From positions 4,545,684 through 4,609,683 of the forward strand of contig OY282457.1 in assembly GCA_958296235.1 (NCBI GenBank): a DNA stretch of 64,000 nt. Reading direction: 5' to 3'. The position numbers were made by a program, and so were the translations under genes. This document shows positions 47,421 through 56,799 of this stretch, in pieces. The notes under the pieces are model-generated. The model searched no databases. It was not told the origin of the DNA and saw only the letters and a list, made by a program, of their open reading frames with translations. Position 1 is the first letter of the stretch. Each line of letters starts with the position of its first letter. This stretch comes from an uncultured Candidatus Binatia bacterium. Lineage in GTDB: Bacteria > Desulfobacterota > Binatia > Bin18.

Positions 47421-47999
47421 TCAGGCTCCCTCTCGCTGGCCCGGATGCAGCAGGTTGGGCCGCGGCGGGAGGGTCAGGACTTCCTCGGAAAAGAATTCGG
47501 CGAGATATTGGACGATGTGCTTCACGGATAACATGCCGACCGGTTGTCCGCTGTCATCGACAATCGGGAGCCGCCGAAATGCGCCCTCTCCCATGAGGTT
47601 GAGGGCGAAGGCAATGGGCGCATCAACGACGAGAGTTTCCGGGTCGGACGTCATCACACTCTCAACCTGGGTCTGATTCAGGTCCAGTTGAGGCCCAATC
47701 ACGCGGTTCAACAGATCCCGTTCTGTGAAGATCCCAATAATGGTCTGCTCGTGTCGAACGAGCACGCAGCCAATTTTATTCTCGCGCATCTGGGCAATGG
47801 CGTCTGAAACCGTTGTATGCGGAGCAACAATCACCGGCGGGACATACGGAAGCAGGCTGACCGGCTCGTTCAGCAGGCTCTCATCCAGGCGCTTTCTCGG
47901 TTCGGAGAGGCGCTCCGTTATGGTCTGCTCTTCCTCCACGAGACCTTCGCCTGGGTAGGCGTCCGCATTGGCTTGGTGTGAGGCTTTTACCTGTGCCAT
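47421..47999 (-). CDS. CBS-pair domain protein
   Basis: GIFTERDLL, VMTSDP, FRRLPIVD. Confidence 0.88.
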   Translation of the reverse strand: MAQVKASHQANADAYPGEGLVEEEQTITERLSEPRKRLDESLLNEPVSLLPYVPPVIVAPHTTVSDAIAQMRENKIGCVLVRHEQTIIGIFTERDLLNRVIGPQLDLNQTQVESVMTSDPETLVVDAPIAFALNLMGEGAFRRLPIVDDSGQPVGMLSVKHIVQYLAEFFSEEVLTLPPRPNLLHPGQREGA

Positions 48000-48174
48000 A
48001 AGTTTCCCTCCTCAATATGAGAATGTTCTCAGGAATTCCTTAGCACCGAGTCGGAGATAAATACAAGAAAAAATGGCAAGAGACTGGAGGGAGAGGATAC
48101 GAGAGGAGACAGTGCCGAAAGGGGGCAGGGGGAGTCGACCTCCCCCTGCGTCGCTCTGGAAACGCTGTGCCTGT

Positions 48175-49260
48175 TCAATGTCCGGCCACTTCATCCCGTT
48201 CTCGCAGCCAGGAGACGACCTGGGGCCAGAGTTTTTTCTGAGCGCCCGAACTGACAGCCGCGCCGATATGACCGGTCGGGAACACAATAGTGCCGGCATC
48301 CGGGCTGCCAACCAGGTCTTCTAACGGCAGGCTGGATTGGGGATGGACAATATCATCATGTTCACCAATGACGTTGAGGACGGGGCAGGTGATGTCTTTG
48401 AGATTGGCCCGACGCGACCCGACCGGCATCTGGTTTTTCATAATCAGGTTCTGGCGTGAGACATCGCCGGCCATTTCCTTAAAAATTTGACCGGCCATCG
48501 GGACATCGCTGTTCATCCAGCGCTCAAAGAGCTCGAACATCTCCGCATAGCCCTTTTGGTCTTTACTCCGATACAGGCCGACATATTTGTCCAGGGCGTG
48601 GTGGACGGGCGCCATAGCGTCGAAGTTGGCCTTCATGAACCACGCCGGACAGTTGCCATACACACTGGTGACAAGATCAATGGTCTGCGGCGAGATTTTG
48701 CTCATCAGTTGCTGGCTGGGCAGCTCCTGTGCGCTCATGTCGAGGGGCAGGGTAAAATCAATCAGATTTTTGACCTGCTGCGGAAAGAGGGCCGTATACA
48801 GCGTGGTCAGGAGCCCGCCAAAGCAGTAGCCGAGGAGGGAGACCTGGTCGCTCCCGTCCCGTTCTTGAATCGCGCGGACCGCGTTGCCGACATCGCCATT
48901 CACATAGGCGTCAAAGCCGCGCCAGCTATCCGCTCGCGTCGGCGGAATCCAGTCTATGAAATACACCTCTACACCGTGTTTGGTCAGCGTTTCGACCACG
49001 CTCCGACCCGGCAGCAGATCAAGGATGAACGGGCGTTTCACCAGCGAATAGACCAGGAGTAGCGGCGTGCGCAGCCGTTGGCCTTGGGCCGGATAGTGTC
49101 GCAGGCGGACCTTGCCGCCTTCGTAGACCACTGTATAAGGCGTGGTCGGCGCCGGGTCTTCATCAACCGGATACTCATCCATGAAACCCCGCCGCCAGCC
49201 TTCGAGCGACCGGACCGCCCCTTCCATCCAATAGTTTGAAACCTCACTGAATACTGACAT
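48175..49260 (-). CDS. phaC: Class III PHA synthase PhaC-like alpha/beta hydrolase
   Basis: PLLLVYSLVKRPFILDL.PGRS, GYCFGG lipase box, DDIV, TGHIG. Confidence 0.85.
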   Translation of the reverse strand: MSVFSEVSNYWMEGAVRSLEGWRRGFMDEYPVDEDPAPTTPYTVVYEGGKVRLRHYPAQGQRLRTPLLLVYSLVKRPFILDLLPGRSVVETLTKHGVEVYFIDWIPPTRADSWRGFDAYVNGDVGNAVRAIQERDGSDQVSLLGYCFGGLLTTLYTALFPQQVKNLIDFTLPLDMSAQELPSQQLMSKISPQTIDLVTSVYGNCPAWFMKANFDAMAPVHHALDKYVGLYRSKDQKGYAEMFELFERWMNSDVPMAGQIFKEMAGDVSRQNLIMKNQMPVGSRRANLKDITCPVLNVIGEHDDIVHPQSSLPLEDLVGSPDAGTIVFPTGHIGAAVSSGAQKKLWPQVVSWLRERDEVAGH

Positions 49261-49348
49261 GGCGACCTCCTCAGACTGAGAGTATGACTGTGCTTACTTG
49301 AACTTTCCTCACGATAGGCTGTCCGGCGCGGAGTGCAAAGAAAACATC

Positions 49349-49415
49349 TGTCACCTATGTGACGGAAGCCTGTCTTTCTTGTGGACTATGTAGGATTTCT
49401 GTCACCTGGGTAACA
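49349..49415. promoter_or_regulatory. Two TGTCAC-N4-GT(G/A)AC(G/A) imperfect palindromes upstream of phaC
   Basis: 49349-49364 and 49400-49415, starts 51 bp apart. Confidence 0.5.
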
Positions 49416-49581
49416 ATTCCTTGCGCGCTGCTCTGAGTCTCATGTCAGCTTCGGCGTAGCGGGATGTCGTGTCGCTCGCCGTATGATTTGAGCTTCAAGC
49501 TCCCAAGTGATAAACTCACGCCGCTTTCGAGCGCGCAGGCGTAAATTCCGAACTCCCGGGCAACATCCGGCAACGTTAAAA

Positions 49582-50634
49582 ATGACTGCGAAAAAGACGC
49601 TGACGACACATGAAACGAACTGTACCCGAGGATTCCGCAAACCGGCAAAGTTGGCGCTCCGCGCCGGCCGCCTGACCTGGGCCGTTGCCGGCGCCGTCAG
49701 TCTGGCGCTGTTCGGCCTCGTTGTGGCGCAACTGGACGCGAGTTCGCTGGCCGCCGCATTCGACGGAATCTCACTGACCCTCGTTGGGGTGGGCGTGGCG
49801 CTGTTTATGGTCGAGAGCCTGTTCGGAGCCTTTCGCACGCACCTGATCGCCGGCTGGCGCGGCGGGTTTCTCACCGCCATGCGCGTCACCGCTTGGCACG
49901 GGGTCTGGTTGATCGCGCTTCCCATGCGTCTGGGAGAAGTGGCCTGGGTCGTCGCCATGCAGCGCGCGTATGGCTGGAACGTCGCCACCGCGACCGCTTG
50001 CGCGGTGATGCAGCGCCTGCTTGACCTGGCGGTCGTCGCGGCCTGTCTGCTCGTGACGCTACCGGCTACCCTCGGTCTGCACGAGGATCGGCCATTCGCG
50101 TTCTTCGCCTTGGCCGGCGCGGTCTGTCTACTGGCGCTGATTGGACTAATGACGCTGCCCATCTGGTTGCGTCTCGCCGCCGGGATTCTGCTCCGTACCG
50201 GGCGTCCGCGCGGCCGGCGGCGTTTGATGCGTCATCTGCATCAGGCGCGCCGTTGGCTCGAAGATGTCCGCCAGCGCCGTGTCATGCTGCGCTGCATCGT
50301 TCCGACCGTGCTGATATGGACAGCCGTCATCGCCGCCTATTGGAGCCTCTGCCAAGCGGCCGGCCTGGACCTCGCCGTGGCAGAACTCGGCTTCGCTACG
50401 GCCGGCAGCAACTTGGTCGCGGCGCTTCCGGTGCAGTCCGTCGGCGGCATCGGCCTGTTGGAAGCGGGTTTCACCGGCCTCGTCGCGTGGCTCGGCGCGC
50501 CGGCCGGAACCGCGGCCCTGGTCGCCTTGGCGGTCCGTTTCGCCTTAATAGCCGAGGCCGGCCTGTTCTGGCTGATCGTCACGGTGGCGAGCCCGATCGC
50601 TAATCGAATCGAAATCGAACCCAAGGTGCTATGA
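49582..50634 (+). CDS. LPG-synthase TM-domain (flippase-like) membrane protein
   Basis: LPMRLGE, QRLLDL, LPVQSVGGIGLLEAG; multiple TM segments. Confidence 0.78.
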   Translation: MTAKKTLTTHETNCTRGFRKPAKLALRAGRLTWAVAGAVSLALFGLVVAQLDASSLAAAFDGISLTLVGVGVALFMVESLFGAFRTHLIAGWRGGFLTAMRVTAWHGVWLIALPMRLGEVAWVVAMQRAYGWNVATATACAVMQRLLDLAVVAACLLVTLPATLGLHEDRPFAFFALAGAVCLLALIGLMTLPIWLRLAAGILLRTGRPRGRRRLMRHLHQARRWLEDVRQRRVMLRCIVPTVLIWTAVIAAYWSLCQAAGLDLAVAELGFATAGSNLVAALPVQSVGGIGLLEAGFTGLVAWLGAPAGTAALVALAVRFALIAEAGLFWLIVTVASPIANRIEIEPKVL

Positions 50635-50644
50635 GTAGCCTATA

Positions 50645-51622
50645 GTGACTATCCCCCCCGAAAAAATCGCGGTAGTTGTTCCGTGTTATCGCTGTCTCGA
50701 CCATATCGAGGACGTGCTTGCCCGACTCGGTCCTGAAGTCGCACAGATTGTCGTCGTCGACGATGCTTGTCCACAGGGCACTGGCAGGCACGTCGAAGCC
50801 ACGGTGACGGACCCTCGAATCAGGGTGCTCTACCAGGACGAGAACACCGGAGTCGGGGGGGCGGTTCTCAAGGGGATGGCCTACGCGCGCGAGGCCGGTG
50901 CCGACATCCTGGTCAAGGTTGATGGCGACGGACAGATGGCACCCGAACTGATGGAGCGGTTCGTGTCGCCCATCGCGGCGGGGCGGGCCGACTATACCAA
51001 GGGCAACCGCTTCCACGCCTATCAACTCGTCAAGGACATGCCCTATGGCCGCCTTATTGGCAACGGAATGCTCTCTTTTCTGACTAAGCTGGCGAGTGGG
51101 TACTGGAACGTATTTGACCCGACGAACGGCTATATTGCTATCAGTGGCGCGGTTTTCGACGAACTGCCGCTGAAGAAAATGCAGCCGCGCTACTTCTTCG
51201 AGACGGACATGCTTTGCGAGCTTGGCCTGCTCCGTGCCGTTGTCATGGATATTCCCATGCGCGCAATCTATGGCGACGAACGGAGCGGACTGTCGCCGAT
51301 TCGCGAGATTGTGCCGTTCTTCTGGCTCAATGTGGTGAGATTCCTGCGCCGCGTGATTTATAATTACTTTCTGCGCGACTTTTCTATGGGATCGATCTAT
51401 CTGATAACTGGCGTTCCCTTGTTGCTTTTCGGCCTCGTCTTCGGAACTTGGCAATGGGCTGCCCTGGCCGCCGCCGGTCTCTCCGCGAGCGCGGGCACGG
51501 TCATGCTGGCGGCCTTACCCGTCATTCTCGGGTTCATTCTCGTCCTCAATTTTCTCGCGATCGACGTCACGACGGTTCCGAAAGAGTCGCTTCATCCAAG
51601 ATTGGGAGATGCTCTCAAATGA
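50645..51622 (+). CDS. GT2 polyprenol-phosphate glycosyltransferase (DPM/ArnC-like)
   Basis: VVVPCY, VVVDDACP, KVDGDGQM, DPTNGY; two C-terminal TMs. Confidence 0.92.
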   Translation: MTIPPEKIAVVVPCYRCLDHIEDVLARLGPEVAQIVVVDDACPQGTGRHVEATVTDPRIRVLYQDENTGVGGAVLKGMAYAREAGADILVKVDGDGQMAPELMERFVSPIAAGRADYTKGNRFHAYQLVKDMPYGRLIGNGMLSFLTKLASGYWNVFDPTNGYIAISGAVFDELPLKKMQPRYFFETDMLCELGLLRAVVMDIPMRAIYGDERSGLSPIREIVPFFWLNVVRFLRRVIYNYFLRDFSMGSIYLITGVPLLLFGLVFGTWQWAALAAAGLSASAGTVMLAALPVILGFILVLNFLAIDVTTVPKESLHPRLGDALK

Positions 51623-52464
51623 TCTTCGATCCAGCGGCCCACCTGGTCGCGAGCCGGCGTCTGCCGAGAAAGGCCGCCGTTCTGTCTATCGACGTGGAGT
51701 ACGACTACAACGGGGTTCGGGCTGACGCATTGAACCGGCTGCCCGCTCTGCTTGACGCCGTTCGGGATGCCCGCCTGCCGTTGACCGCGTTTGTGGAAGG
51801 GCGACTGTTTGCCGAGCGGCCGGACCTGTGCGCCGGCCTTGTCGAGGCCGGTGCCGACTTGCAACTCCATTGCTACGACCATCGAGAGCCGGGCGATACG
51901 GCTGAGAGCCTTCAGGCGAGCATCGCCGCCTTCGAGAGGTTTGTGGGTACCCGGCCGCGCGGATACCGGGCGCACACCTACCGGCTGACGGAAGAACTCT
52001 TTCAGGCGGTGGTGGCGGAAGGCTTCGCATGGGATTCTTCGATCCTGCCGGGCATCGGCCTCGGCAACCATCCGGGTCGGGTGTTTCGCCAAGGTGACTG
52101 GTTCGTGATTGACGACGCGCTTGCGGAGTTTCCAGTCGCAAGCTGGCGCGCCCTGGGCATTCCGTTCACGCATTCCTACCGGCAACTGATGGGACGATTC
52201 GTTGAGTCGGCGCTCGATCGCACGGCGTCGCTGCCGGCGCTGCTGGTCTACGACATGCACATGGTGGACTTGGTCCCGGACGGTCGGATTGGGAAGTCGC
52301 CCCTGCCGCTGTGGCTGAAGGGCGCTCACGCGCTGGCACGGAGTCGGCAGCGCGGATGCGACGACTTGACGGCGCTGGGCGACCGCCTGCGGGCACGGGG
52401 CTACGAATGGTGCACTTTGTCACACTGTCACGAACGGCTGACCAGGACGGGTCCATGCGGGTGA
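51619..52464 (+). CDS. Polysaccharide deacetylase (NodB-like)
   Basis: SIDVEYD, LHCYDH, GYRAH, WDSSI; ATGA coupling. Confidence 0.85.
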   Translation: MIFDPAAHLVASRRLPRKAAVLSIDVEYDYNGVRADALNRLPALLDAVRDARLPLTAFVEGRLFAERPDLCAGLVEAGADLQLHCYDHREPGDTAESLQASIAAFERFVGTRPRGYRAHTYRLTEELFQAVVAEGFAWDSSILPGIGLGNHPGRVFRQGDWFVIDDALAEFPVASWRALGIPFTHSYRQLMGRFVESALDRTASLPALLVYDMHMVDLVPDGRIGKSPLPLWLKGAHALARSRQRGCDDLTALGDRLRARGYEWCTLSHCHERLTRTGPCG

Positions 52465-53360
52465 ATGGCCGCCTGATTTCGGGACACAGTCCAGGCTTCG
52501 TCGCAGCTTGGCGGTCTGTGCACTGCGATGTATATCACTGGCAGCAGAAAGACCGGTTTGCCGTCGTGCCGTCGCTGTTCGGCGCGCCGACGTTCGCCTA
52601 TCTGCCGGGCCTCAACTATGCCGACCTGAACGCCGCGGCAGCGCGAGGGCTTGCGCGGGAGATGGCGGGTCGTTCGTTCAACATCCGGGCGCTGACAGCG
52701 CCGCAAGGAGAACCGTCGCCCGGCGCACCCGTGGTTCTCAGGCTTGACCTCGCCGCGTTCGGTCATGATCGGGATGCCGTTTGGGAACAGGCGCTGAAAG
52801 GGGTAAAGCGGAAAGCGGTCCGGCGGGCGCGAAAAGCCGGGCTCGGGGTCGCCGAAGAGACCGGGCCGGCCGCGCTGAAGGCGTTCCGCGGCCTGCTGTC
52901 CGCCACCCTCGTCCGGCACGGGGTGCCGCTCATGCCGGCGGCGCTGTTTGATGCCCTGATCGGCGAGATCGGCGCTCGGATACTGGTGGTTCGGAACACC
53001 GGCGGCGAAGCACTGGCGAGTCTGCTCTGGTTTCGCGACGGTCGGCTTGCCTGGGTGCCCTGGTTGGGGTCGCTACCGAGCGCCGACTGCCCCGGCGACC
53101 TGCTCTTCTGGGGGCTGATAGAACAAGCCCTGAGCGAGGGCGCGGACGTCGTCGATTTCGGACGCTCCTCGGTCGGCGGCGGGACCTGCCGGTTCAAACG
53201 GGGATTTGGCGCTGTTCCCATCCCCGTCTTATGGCTCTCCGACAAGCCGGACGATCTCTATCGCCGCTACGCGCCGGCGCAGAAGCTGTGGCGCGCGCTT
53301 CCGCGCTTCGTGACCGACAGTCTCGGTCCCCGATTGTGCCGGTATCTGGCGGACTATTGA
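52455..53360 (+). CDS. FemAB-like GNAT family protein
   Basis: RKAVRRARKAGL, LLFWGLIE.A..EGA..VDFGRS..GGGTCRFKRGFGA, LWRALP; start may be GTG 52461. Confidence 0.8.
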   Translation: MRVNGRLISGHSPGFVAAWRSVHCDVYHWQQKDRFAVVPSLFGAPTFAYLPGLNYADLNAAAARGLAREMAGRSFNIRALTAPQGEPSPGAPVVLRLDLAAFGHDRDAVWEQALKGVKRKAVRRARKAGLGVAEETGPAALKAFRGLLSATLVRHGVPLMPAALFDALIGEIGARILVVRNTGGEALASLLWFRDGRLAWVPWLGSLPSADCPGDLLFWGLIEQALSEGADVVDFGRSSVGGGTCRFKRGFGAVPIPVLWLSDKPDDLYRRYAPAQKLWRALPRFVTDSLGPRLCRYLADY

Positions 53361-54911
53361 ATGCGCATTCCACGAATAGCGGCAATGACAAGCGGAAATC
53401 GAGAAAAACGAGACATGACTGTTACGGATCGTCGAGGCTCTCGGGTAAGCAGGCGAATGAATTGGAAGGTACTCTTCCACATTTTGGTATTCGCATCCCT
53501 GCTGAGCGGACATGTCTATACCGCCGTTAGCGTGCACTATACGGGTTTACCAGCCGAGGCTTATAGTAGCCAGTACTATTACATCAATGACGCCGTATCT
53601 ATCTTTCACGGATCGTACTTCGCCTCGACACAACCCGTGGAGATCGCTCCACTTTACCCCTTATGGCTGAGTACGTTAATGCATATGAGCCCAGCCTTTG
53701 CCAATTTCCTGGAATGCGCGGACGAAAACCGACAAGCCACCGGCCTTGAAAAGGAAGCCATCTGCCGCTCCTCAGACAATCTCGCGCTTTACGCGCAGGC
53801 GGTCCTGGGAGCCGTCGGCATAGGACTTGCCTGGCTGGCGGGCTGGCTTGCGTCTGGGCGTTTCATGATTGCCCATCTCAGTGCGTTTGTTGCGCTGGTG
53901 GTGGATGACTATGCGTTTTACAACACACAGTTTCGCACCGAGAGTCTGGTCATCCCGCTTTTCGCCGGCGTCAACGTTTGCCTTGCCTGGCTGGCGCTGA
54001 GGAGGGAGCGGAAGGGGCGAACAGTAGCCGTGGCGGTCGGCTGCGGGGTCATGCTTGGTGGCTTGATCCTCACGCGGCCCCCTTACGAGTACCTGCTGAC
54101 GATCCTGCCATGCACGGCGCTCGCCCATATGATGTTTCAGGGGCGATCGCGGCGGCGCGAAATCGCTGTTGCCGCAGCGTGTATTCTGATCAGCGCTTCG
54201 TTAGTGGTGACGCCTTGGATCGTCCGTAACTACATGGCCAGAGGTTTTGTGGGACTCACGGAAACTTATGCCCCGGTAATCCTCGTCCAACGGATCAATT
54301 TCAACGCCATGACCTGGGAGCAGTGGACCGCCGCCTGGTTGGTTTGGAGTTTTAGCCAGGGGCGTATTCTGGCGACCGAGTTGTTCGGGTCCGAAACCGT
54401 CGCGCCCTTGATCTATTTCCACCCGGAACATTTTGAAACACAAAGAACTGGACCGGAATTGTTGGCGGGCGTGGCGCTGAGAGATCAACGCGGCATCCTG
54501 GCGGCGCATGTATGGTCCGATCTTCCGAAACACTTGGTCGTCAGCGCGCCCCTGGCGTGGAGAGGCCTGAACAAGTTCAGGCCGAGCGCATGGTTGTATG
54601 GCATTACACCGATTTGGGGCATGATCCTGTTGGTGGCGATCTTCGTCAGTCTCGTACGAGGTACGCGGCAAAACCGGACAGTTCTGCTGGCGTTGACGTT
54701 CTGCCCGATCGTCCTCCTGGCAATCCACGCGCTCGTATCCGTCAACGTTCCCCGATACAACATCGGATGGGTGACACCCTTGTCGGTCGCGGCGGCGCTG
54801 CCAATTGCTTGGGTCATCGACGGCGCGTGGAACAGACTACGCCGGTGGATTCCGTGGACAAGGTCCCATCCGTCAGAACCACCTGACACACCCCCTGACA
54901 GGCAGCCATGA
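53361..54911 (+). CDS. GT-C-fold (ArnT/PMT-like) integral membrane glycosyltransferase
   Basis: APLYPLWL, TESL, LILTRP, PWIVRNY, PRY; about 11 TMs; start may be 53457. Confidence 0.7.
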   Translation: MRIPRIAAMTSGNREKRDMTVTDRRGSRVSRRMNWKVLFHILVFASLLSGHVYTAVSVHYTGLPAEAYSSQYYYINDAVSIFHGSYFASTQPVEIAPLYPLWLSTLMHMSPAFANFLECADENRQATGLEKEAICRSSDNLALYAQAVLGAVGIGLAWLAGWLASGRFMIAHLSAFVALVVDDYAFYNTQFRTESLVIPLFAGVNVCLAWLALRRERKGRTVAVAVGCGVMLGGLILTRPPYEYLLTILPCTALAHMMFQGRSRRREIAVAAACILISASLVVTPWIVRNYMARGFVGLTETYAPVILVQRINFNAMTWEQWTAAWLVWSFSQGRILATELFGSETVAPLIYFHPEHFETQRTGPELLAGVALRDQRGILAAHVWSDLPKHLVVSAPLAWRGLNKFRPSAWLYGITPIWGMILLVAIFVSLVRGTRQNRTVLLALTFCPIVLLAIHALVSVNVPRYNIGWVTPLSVAAALPIAWVIDGAWNRLRRWIPWTRSHPSEPPDTPPDRQP

Positions 54912-55615
54912 CACGCGCGGACATCAGGAAGGACGAGATCTATGACGGGCTTCGGGCTGATTTTGGTGCTGCCAGCCCCAAGGCCTCCGGGTATCTTTCC
55001 GAGTACTCTTTCTTCCGGGAACGCGCCCTGGTGCTGGAGGCCGTCGGCGATGAGCCGGGCACGATACTGGACCTGGCGTGCGGCGGCGGGCTGGTCACCC
55101 TGCCGCTGGCCAAGGCCGGTCACCGCGTCATCGGCCTGGACTTCAACGCGGCCGCGTGCAGGCAGGCCAAGCGGAACGGGATCGAGGCGATCCGGGGCGA
55201 CGCGTTCACCCTGCCGCTGGCGGATGGCATAGCAGATGTCGTGTTGAACGTCGAGTTCGCGCAGGAGTACGAGCTGGAGGCTGTCGGAGGCATGCTGCAC
55301 GAGGTGGCGCGCGTGCTTCGCCTTGGCGGGCGGCTGGTGATCGTCTGGGGCAACCGTGGGGCGCTGGTCCACCGGATTGCCCACCCGGCCTCTCGCATCC
55401 TGGACCGCCTGCGTGGCCGGGCTTCGTTCGCGGCGTCGGTGCGTCATTCCCCGGCTGGGATACAAACCGCGGGCGAACGGGTGGGACTCGCGCTTGACCG
55501 GATGTTTGCGATTTTCCCGCCGTTGCGTCTCCGCCTTCGTCGCGCCGACGGACCGTTGGTGAGTCTGTTCGGGTCGAGTTTTGTCGCCGTTTTTCGGAAA
55601 CAGGTTGGGCCATGA
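54908..55615 (+). CDS. Class I SAM methyltransferase
   Basis: ILDLACGGG, GDAFTLPL, EVARVLRLGG. Confidence 0.88.
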   Translation: MTRADIRKDEIYDGLRADFGAASPKASGYLSEYSFFRERALVLEAVGDEPGTILDLACGGGLVTLPLAKAGHRVIGLDFNAAACRQAKRNGIEAIRGDAFTLPLADGIADVVLNVEFAQEYELEAVGGMLHEVARVLRLGGRLVIVWGNRGALVHRIAHPASRILDRLRGRASFAASVRHSPAGIQTAGERVGLALDRMFAIFPPLRLRLRRADGPLVSLFGSSFVAVFRKQVGP

Positions 55616-56175
55616 CGGGGCGGCAGCACAGCCGCGGTGCGGACTGCGGGAGGGTATGTCGGACAGGCTTGATCCCTCGATGTTTCCAGTTGTTCAAATC
55701 CGTTTTAATATACGCCACCGCCGCGATTCTCGGTGTGGCGTTTTTCTTTCTTCTGACTTATCTCGGTAATCAAGTCGCCTACATTCTGACGAAGTATGGG
55801 ATTAACAGGCTGATTGAGAACACCCAGCCCGTCATCCGCTCCAACTTCGACGTGTACCAGGACGAGAATCGGAACAGACTGATTTACGTCAGGGACGAAT
55901 GCAGCGACGATGACATTGGCCCGCCATTCTTCCTGCATATCGTCCCGGTTGACATGAATGACCTCCCTGACCATCGCAAGCAGTACAGTTTTGACAACCT
56001 GGATTTCAGTTTCGCAGGGTATAGCCACGAGTACGGGGGAACCTGCATCGCCGTTCGGTATCTGCCGGAGTACGACATTGCCAGCATCAGAACCGGCCAG
56101 TATAGACGTGTAGCAGACGGTTTCTATCAGGTCTGGAAGGGTCGCTTCGATGTCACCGGACAGACAAGCGGGTGA
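55612..56175 (+). CDS. Membrane-anchored hypothetical extracytoplasmic protein
   Basis: TM followed by SNFDVY...LIYVRDEC...FFLH.VP...FDNLDF...C.A...LPEYDI..IRTGQY domain. Confidence 0.6.
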   Translation: MTGRQHSRGADCGRVCRTGLIPRCFQLFKSVLIYATAAILGVAFFFLLTYLGNQVAYILTKYGINRLIENTQPVIRSNFDVYQDENRNRLIYVRDECSDDDIGPPFFLHIVPVDMNDLPDHRKQYSFDNLDFSFAGYSHEYGGTCIAVRYLPEYDIASIRTGQYRRVADGFYQVWKGRFDVTGQTSG

Positions 56176-56198
56176 CAGGAGGCTTTCAGTGCTCAGAG

Positions 56199-56678
56199 CT
56201 ATGGAGCGAATTTATACGACTCCAGGGGAGAGTAGTCCATGCCGAGGATGACCCATTTCCCGTCGATCTTGGTATAGGTGAAGATATAGCGTCCATGCGC
56301 ATAGGTCATCTTTCCGCCCTGAGGTATCGCGGCAAGCTGGTAATGGCCCCAAGCCAGCGCGGTGGTCCCGACAATACGGAACTGGGGTGTGACCGGGGAG
56401 AGTTCGGCTTCTTCATACTGGCCAAAATATGCCTGAACGGCTTTTTGAAAATCAGCCCTGCCCTGGACCGGAAACGGGGAGAAAATGCCATACAGAACAA
56501 CATCGTCATGAACAGTCGCGACTGCGGCGGCCAGCTCTCGATTGTTGAGCGCTTCAATTTGCGTAGTGAAAGCCGATTTGAGCGCATCCAGGTCCTCATC
56601 GGCCAACGCGCTCGAAGAAAAGCAGAGGCCGGTCAGGAGCAGTGAAAAAAGGCCGGCCCGTACACAATACTTCAGCAT
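56199..56678 (-). CDS. Secreted SnoaL/NTF2-like protein
   Basis: Signal peptide; GR.IFTYTKIDGKWVI. Confidence 0.75.
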   Translation of the reverse strand: MLKYCVRAGLFSLLLTGLCFSSSALADEDLDALKSAFTTQIEALNNRELAAAVATVHDDVVLYGIFSPFPVQGRADFQKAVQAYFGQYEEAELSPVTPQFRIVGTTALAWGHYQLAAIPQGGKMTYAHGRYIFTYTKIDGKWVILGMDYSPLESYKFAP

Positions 56679-56799
56679 TCGCTCTCTCCCTCCACACAGT
56701 ATGATACCGCTGCCATATCACTTTGTCTCAGGACAAAAAAGGTCGGTCGCTTCCCAGCCTGCATTGCTCCCCATCCCCAACTCCCACCCCCTGATCTTT

